Source: Nanobdellota archaeon
GTDB lineage: Archaea; Nanobdellota; Nanobdellia; Pacearchaeales; GW2011-AR1
Assembly (NCBI GenBank): GCA_038044965.1
Contig: JBBSZB010000085.1
Span: 1-25,456 of the forward strand
Length of the DNA stretch: 25,456 nt
Direction of reading: 5' to 3'
The translations under genes and the position numbers were made by a program. Shown one piece after another: positions 1 through 8,302 of this stretch. Numbering within the stretch: the first letter of the stretch is position 1; each line of letters opens with the position of its first letter. Under the pieces are notes generated by a model. That model was not told the DNA's origin, did not search any database, and saw only the letters and a list, made by a program, of their open reading frames with translations.

Positions 1-16
1 GATTACCTCTTTTGCA

Positions 17-40
17 TTAGTTTAGTTTAGTTTAGTTTAG
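17..40. repeat. Pentanucleotide microsatellite TTAG(TTTAG)4
   Basis: Read directly from the sequence. Confidence 0.9.
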
Positions 41-51
41 ATTATTGCTGG

Positions 52-76
52 ATGTTTTTAAGTTTTATAGTGATTT
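52..76 (+). repeat. 25-bp direct repeat copy 1 (ATGTTTTTAAGTTTTATAGTGATTT)
   Basis: Identical to 1235..1259; the two copies bracket the MNT-HEPN pair. Confidence 0.9.
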
Positions 77-217
77 TAACAATATACCCTTTTGATTACA
101 CTAATATATTGGCTTATTTGAAATATTATATAGAAGAGTTTAACATAACAAAAATAAAAACAATTGTTTTTATATAAAAACAATAAGTTTATAAAGATAA
201 AAAACAAAAACAACTGT

Positions 218-769
218 ATGCAAGAATCAAAGTTTATTAAATTTGTAGAATTTTTTTTAGTTAATCCCTACAAAGAAGTATATATTAGAGAACTATCTAA
301 AAAATTGAAGATCAGCCCATTTGCAACTAAGAAATATGCTGACATTTTAGTAAGAGAGGGCTTAATTTTAGATGAAAAAAGGGCTAATTTAAGATATTTA
401 AAAGCAAATACAAATAATATTTTTTACAAACATTTAAAAATATCTTACAATCTTAGGCAATTGCTTAAATCCGGCTTAATAGAATTTTTAAAAAATAACC
501 TTGTGAACATTACATCAATAATTTTGTTTGGTTCTCTTGCTAAAGGAAACGATACAGATGAAAGTGATATAGATATACTCATTATAGGAAAACAAAAGCA
601 TTTAAGTTTAAGTAAATTTGAAGATGAACTAGATAAAGAGATTACACTTCATTTCTTTAGTTGGAGTGAATGGAACAGCAAGGCGAAAGAAGACCACCCT
701 TTTTATTATGAAATAATAAATTATGGCATTCCATTATATGGAGAACTGCCTTTAACAAAATGGAAATAA
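218..769 (+). CDS. Winged-HTH plus minimal nucleotidyltransferase (MNT) antitoxin
   Basis: N-terminal HTH (YIRELSKKLKISPFATKKY) and exact GS-X10-DXD motif (GSLAKGNDTDESDID). Start moved from 164 to ATG 218 because TTTATAAA lies at 188..195. Confidence 0.88.
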   Translation: MQESKFIKFVEFFLVNPYKEVYIRELSKKLKISPFATKKYADILVREGLILDEKRANLRYLKANTNNIFYKHLKISYNLRQLLKSGLIEFLKNNLVNITSIILFGSLAKGNDTDESDIDILIIGKQKHLSLSKFEDELDKEITLHFFSWSEWNSKAKEDHPFYYEIINYGIPLYGELPLTKWK

Positions 770-1185
770 GAAATACTGAAGATTGTTTTAAATTTAGGTT
801 ATTAAGGAAAATAAAGCCAGATAAATCTAAATCTGGAAAATCCATGGAGATTGCAGAAAGCAGGCTTAAAAGAGCAAAAGAGGCGCTAAAACTGAATATT
901 TTTGATTTTGTTATTTTAGAATCTTATATGTCCATGTTCCATGCATCCAGAGCATTATTATACGGAGATGGGATACAAGAAAAAAGCCATTATGCAATCT
1001 CAGTTTATCTTAAAGAAAAGTACTCTGACAAAATTCCACTTCCTGTAATAAATTTTTTAGAGATACATAGAACCGAAAGGCACGAAGCAATGTATGGTTT
1101 AGAGTATCAGCCCGGAAAAAATGATGCTGAATTGGCTTTGAAAGATGCAGAAATCTTTATTCGGGAAATTAAAAAGATTCTCTGA
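760..1185 (+). CDS. HEPN domain protein (UPF0332/COG1895-like), partner of the MNT
   Basis: Overlaps the MNT stop; SYMSMFHASRALL and KSH motifs; R-X4-Y motif (RHEAMY, aa 107-112). Confidence 0.88.
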   Translation: MEIRNTEDCFKFRLLRKIKPDKSKSGKSMEIAESRLKRAKEALKLNIFDFVILESYMSMFHASRALLYGDGIQEKSHYAISVYLKEKYSDKIPLPVINFLEIHRTERHEAMYGLEYQPGKNDAELALKDAEIFIREIKKIL

Positions 1186-1234
1186 GATTTTCCTTATTAT
1201 TGTGTATTGTTACATTAGCTTAAACTACTAATTT

Positions 1235-1259
1235 ATGTTTTTAAGTTTTATAGTGATTT
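1235..1259 (+). repeat. 25-bp direct repeat copy 2
   Basis: Identical to 52..76; a further partial copy GTTTTATGGTGATTTAT lies at 1290..1306. Confidence 0.9.
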
Positions 1260-1364
1260 ATAGTATTTTTAAGTGATATGTTATGATTTGTTTTATGGTG
1301 ATTTATTTGAGGAAGATTTTTGATGCCAGAAAGGTTTAAATAATGTTATATCATTAGATATAAC

Positions 1365-1655
1365 ATGATTCAAGAAGAAAAAAAAGAGATAAGGGGGATA
1401 CTGCGTTTTCCTAGATTAGACACTGTTTTAATGGTAGAAGAATTTATAAGGAAAAATGATGGGGAATATAAAAAAAGAGCTTTATGGGAAAACCTTCCAA
1501 AAAGAGTAATGTATCAGACTTTCTGTGTCATAATTGATTATTTACTGTACTCAAGAAAAGTCAGCATTGATTCAGAAGGGAAAATAGGTTGGATCTACTA
1601 TCCTGAATCTGCACACTATTATTTTAAAAGGAAAGACTTATCAAGAAAGAAATAA
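1365..1655 (+). CDS. Small predicted winged-helix protein, putative antitoxin/regulator
   Basis: TATA (TTTAAATA 1335..1342) upstream; helix-helix-helix then beta-hairpin pattern (KVSIDSEGKIGWI); 1 nt before a RelE-like gene. Confidence 0.6.
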   Translation: MIQEEKKEIRGILRFPRLDTVLMVEEFIRKNDGEYKKRALWENLPKRVMYQTFCVIIDYLLYSRKVSIDSEGKIGWIYYPESAHYYFKRKDLSRKK

Positions 1656-1656
1656 A

Positions 1657-1992
1657 ATGATAGTATCTTCAGAAACTAGATTTGTAAATAAAACTCTAAA
1701 AGAAACATTTTACAAGTTAGAAAATGGAGATACTTCTGAAAAAGAGCTTTTTAAGTTTATTAATCAAGCTATGGATAACATTGAAAAAAATGTCTTTTGT
1801 GGAGTCCAAATACCTAAAAGATTAATACCAAAAGAGTATACATCTAAATATGGTACAACTAACTTATGGAAATATAACCTTCCAAATAATTGGAGGCTTA
1901 TTTATACAATACGTGGAGGCAAAGTATTAGTTATAAGCATTATTCTTGAATGGATGGATCATAAAGATTATGAAAGAAGATTTGGATACTAA
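1657..1992 (+). CDS. RelE/ParE-superfamily toxin-like protein
   Basis: 111 aa with C-terminal LWKYNLPNNWRLIYTI...DHKDYERRFGY pattern typical of RelE-fold proteins. Confidence 0.65.
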   Translation: MIVSSETRFVNKTLKETFYKLENGDTSEKELFKFINQAMDNIEKNVFCGVQIPKRLIPKEYTSKYGTTNLWKYNLPNNWRLIYTIRGGKVLVISIILEWMDHKDYERRFGY

Positions 1993-2051
1993 AAATATGC
2001 TGGGATAAAATTATAATATATGTTAGAAAAATATAACAACTATTAATTTTC

Positions 2052-3017
2052 TTAATTTTCAATCACGTCTCTTATGTAATATCTTTTTTCATAAGGTGAA
2101 TTGTTTAGATGAATTTTTATGAGGAGGTCTATGATAATTCCGAAACTGAAAAACATAATTCCCATTAGCATGAAAAAAAATCCAAGTATGAACCATGCAT
2201 TATTACTTAAGTCCATTTGATTGAATATTCTTTCATAAAACATCCATAATTCTATCAATGAACCTAGAAAACCTGAAAACAATCCTAACTCACCGAAAAT
2301 ATGCAAAGGTCTCTGATAATACTTCTGAATAAACCAGACATAAATCAAATCTATAAAACCTCTTAGTGCTTTATTATAACCATATTTTGTTTTTCCAATT
2401 GTTCTTGGACGATGATTAACTTCTATTTCTCCAATCCTGAAACCTTTCCATCTTAACATAGCTAAAATATATCTATGCATTTCTCCCCAGATATCAAGAC
2501 TTTTAATTGCTTCTCTTCTATATACTCTTAAAGTGCATCCAGTGTCATGCACATTGTCTTTAATTAAAAATTTTCTTAGTGATCTTCCGATTCTTGTAAG
2601 AATTTTTATTCCATTTTTATCTTTCCTGTTTTTTCTCCATCCTGCAACAACATCCAAATTTTCCTTTTCTAATTTTTCAATCATTTTCGGAATATCATTT
2701 GGATCATTTTGCAGATCAGCATCTAAAGAAATAATTATCTCTCCATTTGAAAATTTAAAACCAGCGTCAAGAGCAGTTGCCTGGCCATAATTTCTGTTTA
2801 AATTTATTATAATAATCTTGCAATTATTATTTTCTTTTTTTAATTTTTCTTTGATTAATTTTTTTAATTCTTCTAAAGTATTGTCTGTTGATCCATCATT
2901 AACATAAATTATTTCGTAATTTTGTTTATTTGATGCTAACAATTTATCCATAACTTTTTTTATTTCATTATGCAAAATAATTAAATTACCATTTTCATTA
3001 TAGCATGGAATTACCAA
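2052..3017 (-). CDS. Family 2 glycosyltransferase (polyprenol-phosphate glycosyltransferase, DPM1/ArnC-like) with C-terminal TM helices; probable true start at ATG 3049 via a frameshift
   Basis: (KYSL)VIPCYNE, YVNDGSTD, RNYGQATA, DADLQND, DTGCTLRVYR and EMHRY motifs; two C-terminal hydrophobic helices. Confidence 0.92.
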   Translation of the reverse strand: MVIPCYNENGNLIILHNEIKKVMDKLLASNKQNYEIIYVNDGSTDNTLEELKKLIKEKLKKENNNCKIIIINLNRNYGQATALDAGFKFSNGEIIISLDADLQNDPNDIPKMIEKLEKENLDVVAGWRKNRKDKNGIKILTRIGRSLRKFLIKDNVHDTGCTLRVYRREAIKSLDIWGEMHRYILAMLRWKGFRIGEIEVNHRPRTIGKTKYGYNKALRGFIDLIYVWFIQKYYQRPLHIFGELGLFSGFLGSLIELWMFYERIFNQMDLSNNAWFILGFFFMLMGIMFFSFGIIIDLLIKIHLNNSPYEKRYYIRDVIEN

Positions 3018-3218
3018 AGAATACTTAATGTTTTTTTCACCTCTTCCATGTATAATACTTAGGTGTTCTGTTTATAAAATCTTTATTGTTCTAACACTTA
3101 TCTTCATAACAGTTATGTTCTAAAAGTAGTTAAATTTTACTACTATTCCTGGGTTAATACAATTTAAATATAAGTCCTTATTCTAATTAGTATAAATACC
3201 TTTAAAAAAGAGGAGAAG

Positions 3219-4055
3219 ATGGAGAATAAGTTAAAAGTTGTGTCTGTGATTATTTCAGTTTCAATCATAATTCTGCTTTTTGTGGCAGGGCCTGCAAATG
3301 CTTTTGTTTTAGGGCTTACAATTAATGATCCTGTAGTGAATAAGGGGGAGATTGTAGAGTTTAGCGTTTCTACTCAAATAGAACCAGAAGAGGTATTAGA
3401 TATAGACAAGTTTGTACTAATTTTAAATGGACCTGAGGTTCAAGAATGTGAATTTGATGTTAATGGTAATATAATATCTGGCTGTAAAGGGATAAGCATA
3501 GAAAAGTTAGCTTCTTCAAACAGCAGTATTTGTCCTGGCTATGGGTATGGTTATTGCCAAGGAGTTTTAGAATATAAAATAAGACTTGACAGTGGGGAAT
3601 ATCTTGGAGGAGTTTATCACACTAACTTAAAAATGATTATTGGAGAGAGTGAATTTGAACAACAAGGACAAGATGTAATTATAGGAATAACAAGTTTACA
3701 AGGATGTTCTTTGAGGGCTGAATATGGAACTTTCAGTACAGAAGAGATTAACACTAAAAATAACAAACTAAACTTAAACGTACCTTTACGAAATGCAGTT
3801 AATGGCGGCAAGGGGTATATAATAAGCCAGTATAAAAAAGGAAGAGCTGTTTATCAGTTTAATATTGCTTCAGTAATTGAAAATGATGAAGATCATGCTA
3901 TAATAATTGCTAAAGGAGATTTTAAGCTGGATGGCGCAAATAAAATACAGGAAACTTCAACAATATACTTAGACAAAGTTAATATGGTTGTTAATGTAGA
4001 TGGCTCGACATTTGATTTAAATGAAATGCCGGTTTATTTCATGAGGAGATGTTAG
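3219..4055 (+). CDS. Exported/membrane-anchored hypothetical protein
   Basis: SD-like GAGGAG; N-terminal hydrophobic segment ending ANA; beta-rich body, CPGYGYGYC motif. Confidence 0.75.
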   Translation: MENKLKVVSVIISVSIIILLFVAGPANAFVLGLTINDPVVNKGEIVEFSVSTQIEPEEVLDIDKFVLILNGPEVQECEFDVNGNIISGCKGISIEKLASSNSSICPGYGYGYCQGVLEYKIRLDSGEYLGGVYHTNLKMIIGESEFEQQGQDVIIGITSLQGCSLRAEYGTFSTEEINTKNNKLNLNVPLRNAVNGGKGYIISQYKKGRAVYQFNIASVIENDEDHAIIIAKGDFKLDGANKIQETSTIYLDKVNMVVNVDGSTFDLNEMPVYFMRRC

Positions 4056-5180
4056 TTAAAGCCCATAATCTTTTTTGTACTTAGAATCAAAATGAATTTT
4101 TGCTCTTGATTTTGATCGTTTTCTTGAGTATTTGCTTACTAAATGACGGAATTCATCTTTAAGATATTTAGTTTTATAATAAACTCCAGTTAGGTCTTTG
4201 TAAGCTGAATCTATTACATCTGTTTTTCTTGGGTCTATTCTTTGATGGTAAGGCCTTGCTTTTAACAAAAGATAAGAAGCTATAGGACCTAAAATAAACA
4301 GCACTAGTATTGAAACAGCTCTTCCAAGCAAGGCTGCTGAAAGAGAGCTTACTGGAGAAATTCCTAAGATAAGTGATGCAAATACTATAATTGCCTCATT
4401 TATTCCAAGACCTGCAGGTGTTACAGCAAGAATTAATCCAACCATTCCTATTGATGACAAAAACACTGCTTCTATGAAATTAAGGTTAATACTAAAAATT
4501 CTAAACTGAATCATAAGCATTATTGCTCCGATTATTACCTGAACAAATGAAAGAATAAATGTATAGACTATTGTTTTCCTGTGTTTTCTTATAATATAAT
4601 ATCCATTAACTATTGCAATAAAATAATTTAGTATTTTAAATCTTGTATATGGTAAAATTTTATAAAAATAAACCATAATTAAACAAATTATAATAGTTGC
4701 AGTAAATATCAGAAATATTGGGAGATTAAAATTAGAAGTGTATATGAATATAATTGAGCTTGATATAATGCCGAGAATAGCTGCAGCAAGAAAAGCCATT
4801 ATATAGTTTGCAGAAATAGCTGCAACAAAATCTGTATATGATGAGCTGTGTTTTTTATTAAGATAAACAGCTCTTGCAGCAAAGCCTCCTTTGAATGGTG
4901 TTATTAGGTTATAAAAACCAGTCATCAAAGCCATAGCTATAGATTCAAAAACTCCGAGTTTAATGTACAAAGGTTTTAGAAGAATTTTTGTTGTCAGACC
5001 TATTACAAAATAGCTTAATATAATTAAAATAATTAAAACAAAAATCAGCCAGAGAGAAACCAAAGATAAACTCTTAAAATCAGTTCCATGCAGATATAAA
5101 TATACTAATAGCCAAAAAACAAAAGCACATAGAATAAAAATACTTAGAAATTTCTTAATATCAAATCTAAATTTAACCAT
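4056..5180 (-). CDS. Lysylphosphatidylglycerol-synthase TM / UPF0104 flippase-like membrane protein
   Basis: Many hydrophobic segments; NLITPFKGGFAARAVYL and TPAGLGINEA motifs of this family; extra basic C-terminal tail. Confidence 0.85.
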   Translation of the reverse strand: MVKFRFDIKKFLSIFILCAFVFWLLVYLYLHGTDFKSLSLVSLWLIFVLIILIILSYFVIGLTTKILLKPLYIKLGVFESIAMALMTGFYNLITPFKGGFAARAVYLNKKHSSSYTDFVAAISANYIMAFLAAAILGIISSSIIFIYTSNFNLPIFLIFTATIIICLIMVYFYKILPYTRFKILNYFIAIVNGYYIIRKHRKTIVYTFILSFVQVIIGAIMLMIQFRIFSINLNFIEAVFLSSIGMVGLILAVTPAGLGINEAIIVFASLILGISPVSSLSAALLGRAVSILVLFILGPIASYLLLKARPYHQRIDPRKTDVIDSAYKDLTGVYYKTKYLKDEFRHLVSKYSRKRSKSRAKIHFDSKYKKDYGL

Positions 5181-5344
5181 TTTAATATCTCATTATTTTA
5201 ATTTAGTTCAGTTTTTTAATTACCTTCTTATAATGCTTTATTTAATTAACTTATTTAAATTATTTTTGTAATTGTTACATTTAATATAATAACATCTCTA
5301 CCTCACTTAATATTAATTTTATGTTACATTTAATTACTTATTTT

Positions 5345-5713
5345 TTATTTGTTTTTCTTCTTGTAATTTCTTCTTGAAAAAATAGCTATAAACTTATCAT
5401 CTATTTTATCATCAATCTTTTTTGTTTTTTTAGTGTTTAAAACACTTCTTCTTAAAATATCTTCAATTTGCTCACTTAGAGTTAAAAGATTTTTATTTGA
5501 CCTTTTTTCCAAAACATTCAGAACATCTGAATCCAAATAAATAGTTATTTTATTTTTTGATTTTATTCTTATTTTAGCTGTTGCATGGGAAAATGCATTT
5601 TCAATTTCCTGAATAGACCATCCTTTTTCTAAAAGAGGCTTTCTTATTGCATGATCAGTGTAACCTCTTTTTCTTGCTTCTTTGATAAAAGCCACCAGAT
5701 TTTTATTGGACAT
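5345..5713 (-). CDS. Ribbon-helix-helix (CopG-like) DNA-binding protein with N-terminal helical domain
   Basis: KITIYLDSDVLNVLEKRS...LSEQIEDILRRS fits RHH; N-terminal FIKEARKRGY...LLEKGW helical motif. Confidence 0.7.
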   Translation of the reverse strand: MSNKNLVAFIKEARKRGYTDHAIRKPLLEKGWSIQEIENAFSHATAKIRIKSKNKITIYLDSDVLNVLEKRSNKNLLTLSEQIEDILRRSVLNTKKTKKIDDKIDDKFIAIFSRRNYKKKNK

Positions 5714-5717
5714 TTTA

Positions 5718-6146
5718 TTAACCTAAAATATTAAAGTTATTTATCTTTTTAAATTCTAATCTTTTCTCAGATTCTATAAAAGTTATTTTGAAATGATCAA
5801 AAAATCCTATTCTCCCAATTATCAATGGTACATCTTTATTTATTGGTATTAAAACAGGAATATTAAAAGAGTAAATCTCATGTCTTTTCCCAAATTCTAT
5901 ATTCACTTTTCCTTCCCGACTTTTTATTGGTTTTCCTGATATGCCCGAAACTTCATTATATCCTGTGTATTCTATTCCTATTTGATCTGCAATTTCCTCT
6001 GTAATTATTGTTGTATCAGATCCTGAATCTAACATTCCAAGAACAAGAATAGTTTCTTTTGATTTTAATACTAAAGGAATTATTGGTTTGTATATGATTT
6101 TACCTGATTTCAACCTAACAGGCCTATACTTAAAACTAATTGACAT
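5718..6146 (-). CDS. Retropepsin-like (clan AA) aspartic protease
   Basis: Catalytic LDSGSD motif and LIIGR motif. Confidence 0.88.
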   Translation of the reverse strand: MSISFKYRPVRLKSGKIIYKPIIPLVLKSKETILVLGMLDSGSDTTIITEEIADQIGIEYTGYNEVSGISGKPIKSREGKVNIEFGKRHEIYSFNIPVLIPINKDVPLIIGRIGFFDHFKITFIESEKRLEFKKINNFNILG

Positions 6147-6147
6147 T

Positions 6148-6360
6148 TTAATCTATAGAAAGAACTGACAATCTTGCATCTGGCAATTTTCCAAAAAGAG
6201 GCTTTTCATTTGGGTATTTTGCCTTAGCTTTATTATAAATTTCTTTAAATGATTTTCCATTAGCTATAACTTTACCATTTACAACAGCTATCCATTGTCC
6301 TGCATATTTTGTCATAACTTCTTCAGTTAGTGATTCAAAATTATCTATTATTTTTTGCAT
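6148..6360 (-). CDS. DUF5678-like small protein
   Basis: KYAGQWIAVVNGKVIANGKSFKEIY pattern; 1 nt from the aspartic protease; upstream TATA at 6381..6390. Confidence 0.8.
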   Translation of the reverse strand: MQKIIDNFESLTEEVMTKYAGQWIAVVNGKVIANGKSFKEIYNKAKAKYPNEKPLFGKLPDARLSVLSID

Positions 6361-6390
6361 GTTTTATATAATATTTTAAATTATTTAAAT

Positions 6391-6702
6391 CTATTTCTTT
6401 CCCTTTACTGACGATGAAGAGACATAAACCTTCTGGACAGCGAAGCTTTTGTAAATTCCCTCTAAAATATCTGTTCCTGCATATCCTGCTAAAAGAGATA
6501 TTCTATAGTCAAAGTTAAATATTAATCCTGTGAAAATTCCTATAACAACAGCAACTAAAACTGTAATGATATAATAACCCCATAAAATTTTTCTTCTTAA
6601 TGATAAAGCCTTTAGTAAACCAATAAAACCTCTTGTCAAACCTCCAAGACCTCCTAAAGCTGCTGGCAAAATTAACTGCTGAATTAAATCTGAACTTACC
6701 AT
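6391..6702 (-). CDS. Small membrane protein (about 3 TM segments)
   Basis: Gly-rich hydrophobic helices, LLAGYAGTDILE; TATA at 6724..6729. Confidence 0.75.
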   Translation of the reverse strand: MVSSDLIQQLILPAALGGLGGLTRGFIGLLKALSLRRKILWGYYIITVLVAVVIGIFTGLIFNFDYRISLLAGYAGTDILEGIYKSFAVQKVYVSSSSVKGKK

Positions 6703-6885
6703 TTTATCTCTTTTTTATTATCAATATAAGGTTAAGAGTTTTTTAAATGTTTTTGATATAAGGTGTTGTAAACTTAAAACCACTTATTGTAAAACCTATT
6801 ATATTTTTTGATACAAAATGTATTATAAATTATGTAATACTTAGGATTAAGTAATCATAGGATATTTTTTATTTATCCGCATTAA

Positions 6886-7800
6886 TTATAGAATAAATCC
6901 TATTAATGGACTTGCTGCGAGATGTAATTGCCTCATACAAACTCCCATATGGTAAACCAAGACATTTTCTTTTTTATTATTTTTTTCTAATAATGGGTAT
7001 AGATTTTCTTTTATGATTCTATTCTCTGTTTCATGAATCCTCCCCAGAGGTTCTATTTTTCTATTAAAAAAACATTCTTTTAAAATACCAAACATTGAAT
7101 AAGCATCTTTTAATAATTTTTTAAGTTCTTTAGAATAAACAGATATTTTATTATTTTCCAGAAATTTATTAAGGTGGTATAATTCTCGCTGGGCATTTAT
7201 TAATACCATAATAAAATTTAAGAGCATTTCAGTATTTTTTACAGGCAATCTTCTCTTAGCGATTACTCTTCTGCAAAAACTTTCGTATTTGAATATTCTA
7301 TCTTCTACTTCATAAAATAATTTAGTATTTTCGTTATTGCCTTCTAATCTTTTTGCGGTTAATTCAAATAATTCTTCTATATTTTGAAATAGCTTTCTTA
7401 GTATATTATCAAATTGATTTTCAGAAGGTTCTGTTATATTTTCAATTATACAGTAATTCTTTTCTGTTTTTATAACATCAAAACCAATTATCTTGTCTCT
7501 AAGAATATTTTGTAAGATATTGTATTGCTTTTCGTTGTTATAATTAATTTTTATTCTGTCAAATCCAGAACTACATAGATTTCCTACCAAAACCCCAATA
7601 GTTATTTCAGAATCATTGATTAAGTTAACTTCACCTTCTATTTTTTCATTAATTGAGCTGTCTGTGCTGATTACTAAGTCTTTCCCTTTTTCTTGGACAT
7701 CTATATCATCACCCTTTTTTATGCCTTCTTGCTTTACCCATTTAGATGGAAGGCTTACAACAATAGTTTGATTTGCAAGCTGGATAGCTTTTCTTTTCAT
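6886..7800 (-). CDS. phoU: Archaeal phosphate-uptake regulator (AbrB/MazE N-terminus plus PhoU-like domain)
   Basis: RKAIQLANQTIVVSLPSKWVK...KKGDDIDV AbrB motif followed by long helical PhoU-like repeats. Confidence 0.8.
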   Translation of the reverse strand: MKRKAIQLANQTIVVSLPSKWVKQEGIKKGDDIDVQEKGKDLVISTDSSINEKIEGEVNLINDSEITIGVLVGNLCSSGFDRIKINYNNEKQYNILQNILRDKIIGFDVIKTEKNYCIIENITEPSENQFDNILRKLFQNIEELFELTAKRLEGNNENTKLFYEVEDRIFKYESFCRRVIAKRRLPVKNTEMLLNFIMVLINAQRELYHLNKFLENNKISVYSKELKKLLKDAYSMFGILKECFFNRKIEPLGRIHETENRIIKENLYPLLEKNNKKENVLVYHMGVCMRQLHLAASPLIGFIL

Positions 7801-7928
7801 ATTCTTCTTTATTTTCTAAAATATATAAATTTTTCTATTCTTATATATTATAAGTTAGTATATATACTTTAAGGGTAAACTATATAAAAAAGTCTTCATT
7901 CTTAAAATTAATGAATGAAAGGAGGTAA

Positions 7929-8126
7929 ATGAAAATGGGAGATACTAAAACATCAAATACAACCAGTGGTTTAGACCGTTTACTTGGAATTAATACATCT
8001 ATAGCACAAGACGATAAAGGTACTGGATATGGTGCAGGAAATAACCAAGATGAGGCTAATAAAAGTGCGTATGATCATTGCCAAAGAGCAGATCGAAATG
8101 ATTCTAACTATGTAGCAAAAAAATAA
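7929..8126 (+). CDS. Small hydrophilic hypothetical protein (start may be ATG 7935)
   Basis: TATA at ~7881..7890, perfect SD GGAGGT at 7921..7926, T-tract after the stop. Confidence 0.75.
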   Translation: MKMGDTKTSNTTSGLDRLLGINTSIAQDDKGTGYGAGNNQDEANKSAYDHCQRADRNDSNYVAKK

Positions 8127-8148
8127 AGAACAACTTGTTAAAAAATTA

Positions 8149-8169
8149 TTTTTTTCTTTTTTTCTTTTT
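8149..8169 (+). terminator. Oligo-T archaeal terminator candidate
   Basis: TTTTTTTCTTTTTTTCTTTTT ~20 nt downstream of the 8126 stop. Confidence 0.55.
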
Positions 8170-8302
8170 ACCACATACAATCGTTTATTACCTTTTAATA
8201 TTTTATGAGTAAATACCTCCCAACTTACAAAAGATTTTAAGTTTGGTGGGTGGCAGTAAGTTTTATAGATAAAAATATAAGTCTATTTTTTATTATATTT
8301 CT

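Noticed and set aside
164-217. Longer N-terminus for the MNT gene (likewise 9839 and 24046 starts)
   Set aside because: The extensions run through TATA boxes; downstream ATGs (218, 9872, 24097) fit promoter spacing and, for the pilin, the short class III signal peptide.
6765-6800. Reverse-strand similarity to the 25-bp TA-flanking repeat (GGTTTTAAGTTTAC)
   Set aside because: Too short and AT-rich to distinguish from chance.
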